A stretch of 64,000 bases of DNA, taken from assembly GCA_965204735.1 (NCBI GenBank), contig OZ242008.1:2624001-2688000 (forward strand), written 5' to 3'. Source of the stretch: Longimicrobiales bacterium (GTDB lineage: Bacteria > Gemmatimonadota > Gemmatimonadetes > Longimicrobiales > Gaopeijiaceae). Each line of letters starts with the position of its first letter. Position 1 is the stretch's first letter. The notes beneath the pieces are model-generated. The model did no database searches. It was not told the DNA's origin and saw only the letters and a list, made by a program, of their open reading frames with translations. This document shows, one piece after another, positions 30,516 through 39,715 of this stretch. Both the position numbers and the translations under genes were made by a program.

Positions 30516-33500
30516 TCATTGCTTGGGGTTCTCCATGATCACGAGCCACGTCACGAGCTCGAAGTCGGCCGCGGCGGCGGGCCGGCGCGAACGAGTGGAA
30601 AGCGACTTCCCCCGGGCCCCGACGAAGGAGCCGATCTCCGCCTGCCGGTACGTGCCCACCAAGCTTCGCAGGCAAGCGCCGATCATTCGATCGTACTTGG
30701 CCACGTCCCGGCCGTGGCCGGTCTCTCGGTCGAATGCGCTCGCCAGCTCCGTCAGCGCCTCCGTCCGTCCCCGAGCCAGCGCGCTGAAGAGCGTCAGCGT
30801 CTGCTTCGCCTGCTGGAACGCATAGCGGACGCTCCCGTCGTCGCGGACGTAGGCGAGGAAGTAGGGCTGGAGACGGTTCGGCGTCCTCCGCGCCCCGTCT
30901 TTCTGCTTCAGACAGAAGATAGCGCCGCGACGAACCCGTGCGGGAGACGCGTCAGCGGGTTCGCCCGCGCCGGCGGCGGGAACAGGCGGAACCACCGCTT
31001 GCACGCCGAAGGGCGCCGACTCGAGCGCCTCCCGGTTCTCCTGCAGGTAGTTGAGCAGGTCCACCAGGAAGTCGTCCAGCGTGAAGTCGCTCATCGAGAT
31101 GCCGTCCTCGACCTCTTCCAGGTCCAGGCTCTCCTCCCGAAGGCGGCGAAGCTGCCGGTCGCGGAAGCTCAGCTCGTGCTGGGCCGCCTCCTTGGCGCCG
31201 TTCGTCTTCTCCAGCGCCAGCGGGTCGTCGGTCCCCGTGGCCGCCGCGTCCGCCAGCGCCATCCGGGCCTCGACCCGGTTCTTGAGGTCCAGATAGCGGT
31301 CCAGGTCCCGAGTCGGCCAGAAGTTGACCATGGCGACCTGCTGGTTGCGGCTGCCGATCCGGTCGATCCGTCCGAAGCGCTGCATGAGGCGAACCGGGTT
31401 CCAGTGAACGTCGTAGTTCACCACCAAGTCGCAGTCCTGCAGGTTCTGGCCCTCGGACAGGCAGTCGGTGGCGATCAGGACGTCGATCTCCTCCGCGGGC
31501 CGGGGGCTCAGCTGGGCCACGGGCGCGAAGCGCGCGAGTATGCCGGCGAAGCTCGGCGAGCCGACGGTGACGCGGTTGTCGCCGCTGCCCGTCACCAAGC
31601 CCACGTGCACGCCGAGCTCCGCGCGCGCCCACTCCGCGACGTTGCAGTACAGGTAGTGGGCCGTGTCGGAGAACGTCGTGAACACCAGCGCCTTGCGGTT
31701 CGGCCGCCCGTCCTTGTCCGCAGGCGCCTCCGCCACCTTGCCCGCCAGCGTCCGCTTCAGCTCGGCCAGCTTGGCGTCGCGCGCCACGTCGACGCGGACA
31801 ACCTGCCGCAGGATCGCCCCGAACGTTCGTCGGTCCGCCTGCAAGTCCTCCCTCCAAGCCTGCAGGTCCAGCTCGGCGAGCTTGTACCTGCGTCCCTTGC
31901 CCAGCGTGAACTCCTCGTCTTCCTCGTCGCCCTGGTCGTCTTCTTCGTCGCTGGCGAGAAGGTCGATCTGCTGGTTGCCGGGCTTCTCGATCCACGCTTC
32001 GATGCGCTCGTCCAGCGCGTCCATCTTCGCGACGATGCGCTCCATCGTCCGCGTGAACGAGTGCACCGAGCTCTCCAGCCGCTTGAGCAGGTTGACCCGA
32101 ATCATTCCGATCAGCCAACGCTCCCGGTCCCGCTGGTCGAAGTGCAGCCGCTCCTTCTCGGCGTCGAGCGCCGACGTGTCCCGCACGTACTGCGAAGGCA
32201 TGTACACCGCCAGCCGAAAGCCGCTGATGCGCGCGTGGAGCGCGTCGTAGGACAGCTCGCCTTCGCTGTCCGTCGGCGGATGCAGGTTCACCGGCCTGGC
32301 CCGCTCCGGGAAGCCGCCGATCCGGGCCTCGACCTCCGGGTAGAAGCGCCGCACGTGGTCGCGGGAGCGCGCGATGCTGACGGCGTCCAGCAACGCCAAG
32401 AAGTCCGCGCCCAACCGTTCGAGCAGCCGAGCCTTGTCCCTCTTCCCCGTGGCCCTGCAGTCGTTCTCCCACTTCTGGAACGCCTTCTGCGCCACGCCGA
32501 ACAAGCTCTGGACGCTGCCGATCCCAAGACTGTCGCGGAACGCGTCCTGCCGCTTCTCCGTCATCAGATAGACCTGGTTGCGAAGGTCGCGAAGGCCCGT
32601 GTTGACGGGCGTTGCCGAGAGCATGAGCACCTTGGTGTGGACGCCGTCCTTCAGCACTTCCTCCAGCAGCCGGTTGTAGCGGCTGCGACGCACCACCCGC
32701 CCAGCCTCGTCCTTACGGTCGCGACCTTCGTTGCGGAAGTTGTGCGACTCGTCGATCACGATCAGGTCGAACGCGCCCCAGTTGAACTTCGCCAAGTCGA
32801 TCGCGTCCGCCCTGCCCTGGTACCGGCTCAAGTCCGTGTGGGCCAGCACGGCGTAGCCGAGCCGGTCCTCGACCAGCGGGTTGTTGTCGTACCCCGCCCA
32901 CGACGTGTAGCGGACCCAGTTCTCCTTCAGCTTCTTGGGGCAGAGCACCAGCACGCGCTCGTTGCGCATCTCGAAGAACTTCACGACCGCCAAGGCCGTC
33001 CACGTCTTCCCCAGCCCGACGCTGTCGGCAAGGATGCACCCATTGTGCTCGAGCAACCGGTTGATCGCGCTCACCGCACCGTCCTTCTGAAAACGGTAGA
33101 GCGCCTGCCAAACGGCCGTGTCGTGCAGGTGCACGTCCTGCACAAGTCCGTCTCGATGCCCCCGCTCGTCGATCCTGTCCTTCAAGACGTGAAAGAGCGT
33201 CTTGTAGTAGACGAACTCGGGCGAGTAGTCCTTGCCCAGGCGCTCCAGCGCAGCCAGCACCTCCTCTTTCGCATCTCGAGTGAGCCGCTCGTCGTGCCAG
33301 AGAGCGTCGAACCATTGAATCAACCGGGTCCGGTCGGCGCCGTCGCGAACCTCCAGGTTGAGCTCGATGTTGGGGTTGGCGCCGAAGCCCAGGCCGCCCC
33401 GCGTGAAGTTGGAGCTGCCCACAAGTGCACCGGTGCCGCCGTCGGCGTGCTCGACATGATACATCTTGCCGTGCAGAAAGTTGGCCTTGCGCACGGTGCG

Positions 33501-33860
33501 CACCTCCACCTTCTCCTTGATCCATTCAGCGCACGCGCGGGCAAGCGGCTTCTGCGTCAGTGCGCCGCGCAGCTCCAAGGCGCCGTCGCGAGTCAGGCGG
33601 TAGGCCTTGTCCTCTCCCTCCGCCGGGTCCACCGACGCCGCGCCCGCTGGCTGGCCGTAGAGGAAGCGAAGGCGCCGGAGTCCCTCCAGCTCGGCCTGCA
33701 GGTCTCCATAGGCGTAGATCGTGAAGTAGGCCGACACGGCGGAGAGCGCGGCGTCGGCCTGGAGGCGGCCCCGCAGGAACTCGCCCACGGTGCGCACGCG
33801 GTTGTCCACGATAGCGTGCCCGTCGCGAACCGACCCGGTCGACCCCGGTTCCGTGCTCAT
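30516..33860 (-). CDS. SNF2-family helicase with N-terminal PLD-like nuclease domain
   Basis: HGKMY...GSSNFT (PLD), ADSVGLGKT, DESHNFR, SATP, SEGQNLQ, QRFGRIDRIGS. Confidence 0.92.
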   Translation of the reverse strand: MSTEPGSTGSVRDGHAIVDNRVRTVGEFLRGRLQADAALSAVSAYFTIYAYGDLQAELEGLRRLRFLYGQPAGAASVDPAEGEDKAYRLTRDGALELRGALTQKPLARACAEWIKEKVEVRTVRKANFLHGKMYHVEHADGGTGALVGSSNFTRGGLGFGANPNIELNLEVRDGADRTRLIQWFDALWHDERLTRDAKEEVLAALERLGKDYSPEFVYYKTLFHVLKDRIDERGHRDGLVQDVHLHDTAVWQALYRFQKDGAVSAINRLLEHNGCILADSVGLGKTWTALAVVKFFEMRNERVLVLCPKKLKENWVRYTSWAGYDNNPLVEDRLGYAVLAHTDLSRYQGRADAIDLAKFNWGAFDLIVIDESHNFRNEGRDRKDEAGRVVRRSRYNRLLEEVLKDGVHTKVLMLSATPVNTGLRDLRNQVYLMTEKRQDAFRDSLGIGSVQSLFGVAQKAFQKWENDCRATGKRDKARLLERLGADFLALLDAVSIARSRDHVRRFYPEVEARIGGFPERARPVNLHPPTDSEGELSYDALHARISGFRLAVYMPSQYVRDTSALDAEKERLHFDQRDRERWLIGMIRVNLLKRLESSVHSFTRTMERIVAKMDALDERIEAWIEKPGNQQIDLLASDEEDDQGDEEDEEFTLGKGRRYKLAELDLQAWREDLQADRRTFGAILRQVVRVDVARDAKLAELKRTLAGKVAEAPADKDGRPNRKALVFTTFSDTAHYLYCNVAEWARAELGVHVGLVTGSGDNRVTVGSPSFAGILARFAPVAQLSPRPAEEIDVLIATDCLSEGQNLQDCDLVVNYDVHWNPVRLMQRFGRIDRIGSRNQQVAMVNFWPTRDLDRYLDLKNRVEARMALADAAATGTDDPLALEKTNGAKEAAQHELSFRDRQLRRLREESLDLEEVEDGISMSDFTLDDFLVDLLNYLQENREALESAPFGVQAVVPPVPAAGAGEPADASPARVRRGAIFCLKQKDGARRTPNRLQPYFLAYVRDDGSVRYAFQQAKQTLTLFSALARGRTEALTELASAFDRETGHGRDVAKYDRMIGACLRSLVGTYRQAEIGSFVGARGKSLSTRSRRPAAAADFELVTWLVIMENPKQ

Positions 33861-34038
33861 CGGTCCAAGCTACCCGCTTCCCGTCTGCCATGCAACGCAC
33901 GGCGGCCACCAGGGTGCTGGTGTCGGTGAGGGACGAACGTTGGTCTTGCGTCCGGTCAGGAGTTCAGCTATCTTGTCCACTGACTGTCGACTAGTTGCTG
34001 ACAGAGGCGGAATTGGCTGGAGGCGGAGAGGGCTAAAA

Positions 34039-35160
34039 GTGCCGAACGCAATCGAATCCATTCGCGTCAAAGGCTTCCGGTCCCTTGCGGACGTGGAGAT
34101 CAACGACCTGCCCCAGGGGGCGACTGTCCTGATCGGAGCCAACGGGTCGGGCAAGTCCAACCTCATGCGCTTACTCGAGATGATGAGCTGGATGGTCGAT
34201 CTCCGGCGTCTGCGCGAGTACGTCGCCCTTCACGGCGGCGCCGACGACCAGCTGTTCGGAGGCCGCAAGACGACGCCGGGCATCAAGGCCCAGGTCGATG
34301 TCCGCACCGCTCGCGGTCGCGTCGAGTACCGCTTTGCGCTGGAATGCACCACTGGCGACCAGTTCGTCTTCGCGGAGGAAGCATACCGCGTCGCCAAGTC
34401 CGGCAAGTCGGCCGACCTATCGTGGGAACGGATCGACGACAGCGGCTATCGAGAAGCACGAGTCGCGGAGAGAACCAACGGCAGCGGCCCAGGACCCCAA
34501 GCCGCGCGCGCTCTCGTTGGACTGTTTCGGCGTTGCCCCATGTACCACTTCCACGATACATCGTTCGACTCGAGGACGAAGGTCAGCTGGGACGGCGCGG
34601 ATTCCGGTCGTCTGCGTGGCGACGGAGCGAATCTCGCTCCGGTGCTGTCGCTGCTGGAGCGCGAGGACAAGCCGCGATTCAAGTTGATCTGCCGCTACAT
34701 CGGTCTTGCGGTCCCGGTCTTCGACCGCTTCGAGATCGCGGAAGAATACGGCAAGGTACAGCTGCGGTGGAGGCACAAGGACATGGACAAGACGGTGGGA
34801 ACTCATATGACTTCCGACGGCGTGCTGCGCCTCTTCGCGCTCGTGACGTTGCTGAACCTGCCGCCGAAGATGCTGCCCAGCGTGTTGCTCCTGGACAAAC
34901 CGGAACTGGGACTGCATCCAGTGGCCATCACGCTGATCGGCGCCATGATCGACTCCGTCGCCATGGACCGGCAGGTGATCGTAGCCACCCAGTCGCCGCT
35001 GCTGGTGGACAACTTCCGCCTCGACGAGATCGTAGTGCTGGAGCTGGAGAACGGCCGAACGACGGCCCACAGAGTCGACGATGCCGAGTACCGTCAGTGG
35101 CTCGACGAATACTCGACCGGAGAACTCTGGCAGAAGAACGTGCTGGGCGGCCGACCGTGA
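34039..35160 (+). CDS. ABC/AAA_21-type ATPase with variant Walker B (DKPE)
   Basis: IRVKGFRSL, GANGSGKS, SDGVLR, LLDKPELGLHP, ATQSP; GTG start 34039. Confidence 0.88.
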   Translation: MPNAIESIRVKGFRSLADVEINDLPQGATVLIGANGSGKSNLMRLLEMMSWMVDLRRLREYVALHGGADDQLFGGRKTTPGIKAQVDVRTARGRVEYRFALECTTGDQFVFAEEAYRVAKSGKSADLSWERIDDSGYREARVAERTNGSGPGPQAARALVGLFRRCPMYHFHDTSFDSRTKVSWDGADSGRLRGDGANLAPVLSLLEREDKPRFKLICRYIGLAVPVFDRFEIAEEYGKVQLRWRHKDMDKTVGTHMTSDGVLRLFALVTLLNLPPKMLPSVLLLDKPELGLHPVAITLIGAMIDSVAMDRQVIVATQSPLLVDNFRLDEIVVLELENGRTTAHRVDDAEYRQWLDEYSTGELWQKNVLGGRP

Positions 35161-35198
35161 TCCGTCTCGCAAGGATACGGAATGACCGCACCTTGACG

Positions 35199-36461
35199 AT
35201 GCTTAGCCCGGCGGAACTGGTCCGCAGGATACGCTTCGGAGCGGACTCGACGCTGGAGTTCAAGCGGGTGCTGACGGCGGGCCAGAAGGTAAGGAGCCCT
35301 GCTCGAAATGACGTGGCGGACGAACTCGCCGCCATGGCAAATGCCCGGGGTGGCTTGCTTGTGCTTGGTGTAGACGACAAGACTCGGGATGTCGTTGGTG
35401 TACCTCTTGATCGGCTGGAGGCGGTACAGTCATGGCTGCAGGAAATATGCAATGATGCCATTGAGCCTCCGATCACACCATTGATAACCGCGGTCGAGTT
35501 GCCGGGGGCGGATGGCAGCCTCGTCGCTGCAATCTGCGTGGAACTGGAGCGTGGGCTGTTTGTTCATCGGAGCCCCGGAGGGTTCTACACGCGCATTGGC
35601 AGTTCGAAGCGTCGGATGTCGTCCGAACTTCTTGGCAGGCTGTATCAGGCACGCAGCCAGAGCAGGATGGTCAGGTTCGACGAGTCGCCTGTTCCGGGGA
35701 CCGGGGTCGACGCCTTGGATCCAGAGCTTGCAACGCGGTTCCTGCGGCCGATCGGAGACGAGGAGGACGATCCCGCCGCCATGACGAAGCTTGGCATCGT
35801 GGCCCACGAAACGGAGGCCGGGCAACGGCTGACTCTGGCCGGAGTCCTGTTGTGCACCGCCAAGCCTGTCCGCTGGTTGCGTCACGCCTACATTCAGGCG
35901 GTCAGCTACGTTGGAGAGCGGGAGGACGTCAACTATCAGGCCGACGCCAGGGATTTCGAGGGGCCAATCGACGAGCAAGTGCTTGAAGCGTGGCATTTCG
36001 TGAAGCGCAACATGCGATACTGGGCGACCAAGGGAACGGCACGCGTGGAGGTGCCGCAGTTCAGCGAAAGAGCGGTGTTCGAGGCGCTGGTGAACGCCGT
36101 CGCGCATCGCGACTACTCGATGGGCGGCGCCCGCATTCGGCTTCACATGTTCCGGGACCGGCTGGAGCTGTACGTGCCTGGCGAACTGGCCAACACGCTG
36201 ACGCCCGACACGATGCACCTGCGTCAGTACAACCGCAACGAACTGATCGTGTCGTTGCTGGCGCGTCGTCGCGTCGATCCCGGCCTCGAGCTGGGGCGCC
36301 GATACATGATGGATCGCAGGGGCGACGGGGTGCCCATCATCCGCAGGGAGACCCGCAGGCTTTCGGGCCGCTTGCCCGAGTATGCGCTGATCGACGGCAA
36401 CGAGCTTCGGCTCGTGATGTGGGCGTCGGACGAGGCTCGGGGTCAGCCCGCCCCAGCATAG
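35199..36461 (+). CDS. AlbA_2 (Schlafen-like) domain plus HATPase_c_4 (RecG C-terminal-like) protein
   Basis: LEFKRV...AMANARGGLLVLGVDD; EALVNAVAHRDY; RNELI; alternative in-frame GTG at 35157. Confidence 0.87.
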   Translation: MLSPAELVRRIRFGADSTLEFKRVLTAGQKVRSPARNDVADELAAMANARGGLLVLGVDDKTRDVVGVPLDRLEAVQSWLQEICNDAIEPPITPLITAVELPGADGSLVAAICVELERGLFVHRSPGGFYTRIGSSKRRMSSELLGRLYQARSQSRMVRFDESPVPGTGVDALDPELATRFLRPIGDEEDDPAAMTKLGIVAHETEAGQRLTLAGVLLCTAKPVRWLRHAYIQAVSYVGEREDVNYQADARDFEGPIDEQVLEAWHFVKRNMRYWATKGTARVEVPQFSERAVFEALVNAVAHRDYSMGGARIRLHMFRDRLELYVPGELANTLTPDTMHLRQYNRNELIVSLLARRRVDPGLELGRRYMMDRRGDGVPIIRRETRRLSGRLPEYALIDGNELRLVMWASDEARGQPAPA

Positions 36462-36515
36462 CTTCCCCAGGGCGCTGCGCAGGACGTCGCTGATCTCTCC
36501 CAGGGCAGCGTCCCG
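36443..36515 (-). pseudogene. Remnant of a methylmalonyl-CoA mutase 3' end
   Basis: Reads RDAALGEISDVLRSA(+1 nt)WGSYAGAG*, versus [21 protein letters not shown] in the intact gene near 7933-7995. Confidence 0.8.
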
Positions 36516-36520
36516 CCCTA

Positions 36521-39500
36521 CTAGCTCACCGCGGTCCGCGTCCGGCTTCGCCACCATTCGCCCGCGTCGTGGTGGATCGTGGCGAGGGCCGGGACGACCA
36601 TCATGAGCACAACGGTGGCGAAGACGATCCCGAACCCCAGCGAGGCCGCCATCGGCACCAGGAACTGGGCCTGCAGGCTGCGCTCGAAGACGAGGGGCGC
36701 CACGCCCAGGAAGGTGGTCAGCGACGTCAGGAAGATGGGCCGGAAGCGGGCCTTCGCTCCCGCAACGATCGCCTCGCGACCCGGCATCCCCTCCTCGATC
36801 CGCTTGCCGATGAAGTCGATCATCACAAGGGCGTCGTTCACCACCACGCCTCCCAGTCCGACGATCCCCAGGAACGACAACATGCTCAGGTCCAGCCCCA
36901 GGAGCAGGTGGCCCAGCACGGCGCCGACGATCCCGAAGGGAATCGCCGACATGACGATCAGCGGCTTGGTGTAGGAGCGGAAGGGGATCGCCAGCAAGGC
37001 GTAGATCGCCAGCATCGCCATGACGAATCCGCGGCCCATGGCGCTGAAGGACTCGGCCTGTTCCTGCTGTTCGCCGCCGAACGCCCACGTCAAGCCCGGC
37101 TCCCGCTCCGCCAGCGCCGGCAGGACCGACTCCTCCAAGTGCGCCACGGCCTGGCCCGCGGTCGTCGTGCCGGGGTCCACCGAGGCCGTGACGGCCACGA
37201 CTTGCCGGCCGTCCTTGCGGCGAATCGTCGCGGGCGAGCTGCCGAAGCGCAGGGCGGCGACGCGCCCCAGGGGCACTTCGGCCCCGGCGGGCGTGCGCAC
37301 CAAGTGCTGCTCGACGGAGGCGACGGCGTCTCGCTCGTCCTCGGGCAGCCGCACGTAGACGCGCACCTCCTCTCGACCGCGCTGCACGCGGAGCGCCTCG
37401 CTCCCGAAGAACGCGGAGCGGACCTGGCGTGCCAACCCCTCCAGCGTGAGCCCCAGCGTCCGGGCCTCGGGCAGCAGCTCGATGCGGATCTCCTTGAAGC
37501 CGCGGTCCTGGTCGGTCCGGACGTCGTAGACGCCTTCCAGCGAGCGCAAGCCCTCCGCGACGGCGGCGCCCGCCCGCTCCAGCACCTGCGCGTCCGAGTG
37601 AGAGAGCTCGGCCTCGACGGCGGGTCCCAGGTTGATCAGCTCGGCGCTGAACGTCAGGCTCGTGGGTCCGGCGGCCCACAACGGCCCGGCCTCTTCGCGC
37701 CAGGCGTCCAGCACGGCGGCCCCGGACACGTCCCGCTCGTCCGCCGGCGGCAGCTTGAACTCCACGGTGGCGATGTTCGCTCGCGGCTCCTCGTCGGCGT
37801 TGCCGCGCAACGGAGTTTGTCGGCGCGCCTCCTGGCCCAAGATGAAGTTCACCCCGGCCACGACGGGCGGCGCGGCGGGCGGTCGGCCCTCCGACAGGCG
37901 CCGGGCGGCGCGGCGACCCGCGTCCTCCAGCGTCTGCGCCACCTCGGCGGTCCGCGCTCCCGTGGTGCCCTCGGGCATCTCCAGCCGGGCCCGCACAACG
38001 TCGGCTTCGCTCGACGGAAAGAACGCCACGCCGATGATCCCGGCGGGCGCGGCGGCCAAGCACAGCAAGACCATTCCCGCGCCCGTCGCGATCACCTGCA
38101 GGGGCCGGCCGGTGGCGATCCGCAACGCTCGGTCCAGCGGGCCCGCCACGAACCGCTTCGTGCCCCGGTCCACACGGGCGCGCGCCGCCGCCAGAAAGCG
38201 GGCTGCGGGGTTGCCGGCGGGCGGCGCGCCGGGGTCGGGCAGGTGCGAAAGGTGGCGGGGCAGCACCAAGAGGGACTCGACCAGCGAAAGCGCCAGCACG
38301 CTGATGACGATCACAGGAATGGCGCCCACCAGCTTGCCGACCGTGCCCGGCAGGAAGAGCAAGGGCGAGAACGCCGCGATCGAGGTCAGCACCGCAAAGA
38401 TCACCGGCCCTTTGATGCGCTGCGTTCCCCGCACGGCGGCCGCCAGCCCGCCGACCCCCCTTTGCCGCTCGGCGTAGATGTTCTCGCCCACCACGATGGC
38501 GTCGTCCACCACGACTCCGACGGCCAAGATGAAGCCGAACATCGACAGCATGTTGATCGAGATGCCAAGGGCCAGCATGAGGGCGAACGTCCCCACGAAG
38601 GAGACGGCGATCCCCGCAGCGACCCAGGCAGCCAGTCGAAGCTCCAGAAACAGAGCGAGGGCGGCCATCACCAGGAGCAGGCCCAGGAAGGCGTTCTTGC
38701 GCAGGACGCCCAAGCGGTCGCGGAAGAGGTCGGCCGAGTTTTCCCACACCTCGATCTCGACGCCCGGCGGAAGGGAGGGCGTCAAGTGGCGCTCCAGGTG
38801 CTCTTCGACGGCCGCCGCCACCTCGAGCACCCGCTCGGAAGAGGTGCGGTACACGTCGACGAACGCCGCGCGCCGTCCCTCGTAGCGGCTCACCAGGTCG
38901 GCGTCCTGGAAGCCGTCCCGGACGACGGCGATCTCGCCCAGGCGAACCACGGTTCCGTCGGTCCGGCTCAAGACCACGATCTCCTCGAAGTCGTGCTGCC
39001 GGTAGTTCTGCCCGGTGGTGCGGATGCGCACCCGCTCCGCCTGCGTCTCGATGGCCCCGGCCGACAGGTCCAGCGATCCAGCCCGCACGGCGGCGGTCAC
39101 GTCTTCCAGCGTCAAGCCCAGCGCCCGCAACCGGCGAAGGGGAACCTCGATCGAGATTTCGTAGGGGCGCACGCCGCGGGTCTCGACGTACGAAACCGCG
39201 GGGAGCGCCGCCAGCTCGTCTTCGGTGCGGTACGCCAGCTCCTTGAGCGCGCGTTCCGAGACGTCTCCGTGAAGGACCAGCTGCATCACGGTCTGGCGGT
39301 TGGTCGTCTCCACGACCTCGGGGCGCTCGGCGCGCGCCGGGAAGCTCTGGATGCGGTCCACCACGGCCTTGACGTCGTCCAGGACGCGACTTGCGTCCGC
39401 TCCGTCCTCCAGATCGGCGACGACGGAGCCCCTGCCCTCCGCCGCCGTGGACGAGAAGCCGTCGATCCCGTCCACGCCGCCGATCTGCTCTTCGATCTTC

Positions 39501-39715
39501 CGGACGATCGACTCCTCGACCTCTTCGGGCGTGGCGCCGGGGTACCGCACGGAAACCCGAATCTGGTCGGTGGAGAACTCGGGAAAGACCTCTTGCACCA
39601 GTCCGGTCATGGAGACCAGCCCGGCCGCCACGATGAAGAGCATGAGCAGGTTGGCGGCGACGCCGTGCCCGGCCATGAAGGCGACCGGACCACGCGCCGG
39701 AGGCGGTTGCGTCAC
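36521..39715 (-). CDS. RND efflux permease (AcrB/AcrD/AcrF family)
   Basis: ANLLM, YPGATPEEVE, GVVVDDAIVVGEN, VVVNDA, RFRPIFLTSLTT. Confidence 0.95.
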   Translation of the reverse strand: MTQPPPARGPVAFMAGHGVAANLLMLFIVAAGLVSMTGLVQEVFPEFSTDQIRVSVRYPGATPEEVEESIVRKIEEQIGGVDGIDGFSSTAAEGRGSVVADLEDGADASRVLDDVKAVVDRIQSFPARAERPEVVETTNRQTVMQLVLHGDVSERALKELAYRTEDELAALPAVSYVETRGVRPYEISIEVPLRRLRALGLTLEDVTAAVRAGSLDLSAGAIETQAERVRIRTTGQNYRQHDFEEIVVLSRTDGTVVRLGEIAVVRDGFQDADLVSRYEGRRAAFVDVYRTSSERVLEVAAAVEEHLERHLTPSLPPGVEIEVWENSADLFRDRLGVLRKNAFLGLLLVMAALALFLELRLAAWVAAGIAVSFVGTFALMLALGISINMLSMFGFILAVGVVVDDAIVVGENIYAERQRGVGGLAAAVRGTQRIKGPVIFAVLTSIAAFSPLLFLPGTVGKLVGAIPVIVISVLALSLVESLLVLPRHLSHLPDPGAPPAGNPAARFLAAARARVDRGTKRFVAGPLDRALRIATGRPLQVIATGAGMVLLCLAAAPAGIIGVAFFPSSEADVVRARLEMPEGTTGARTAEVAQTLEDAGRRAARRLSEGRPPAAPPVVAGVNFILGQEARRQTPLRGNADEEPRANIATVEFKLPPADERDVSGAAVLDAWREEAGPLWAAGPTSLTFSAELINLGPAVEAELSHSDAQVLERAGAAVAEGLRSLEGVYDVRTDQDRGFKEIRIELLPEARTLGLTLEGLARQVRSAFFGSEALRVQRGREEVRVYVRLPEDERDAVASVEQHLVRTPAGAEVPLGRVAALRFGSSPATIRRKDGRQVVAVTASVDPGTTTAGQAVAHLEESVLPALAEREPGLTWAFGGEQQEQAESFSAMGRGFVMAMLAIYALLAIPFRSYTKPLIVMSAIPFGIVGAVLGHLLLGLDLSMLSFLGIVGLGGVVVNDALVMIDFIGKRIEEGMPGREAIVAGAKARFRPIFLTSLTTFLGVAPLVFERSLQAQFLVPMAASLGFGIVFATVVLMMVVPALATIHHDAGEWWRSRTRTAVS

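Larger units (their letters stand above)
26987..36515. mobile_element. Defence island (helicase, type IIG-like MTase, ABC ATPase, AlbA_2 protein); no integrase seen
   Basis: Cluster of defence-type genes with visibly lower GC between copD and the RND operon; foreign mutase stub at right edge. Confidence 0.6.

Noticed and set aside
35500..35512. Match to the tRNA-Leu 3' end (TGCCGGGGGCGG) as an att site
   Set aside because: Only about 12 GC-rich bases, inside an intact CDS, with no integrase
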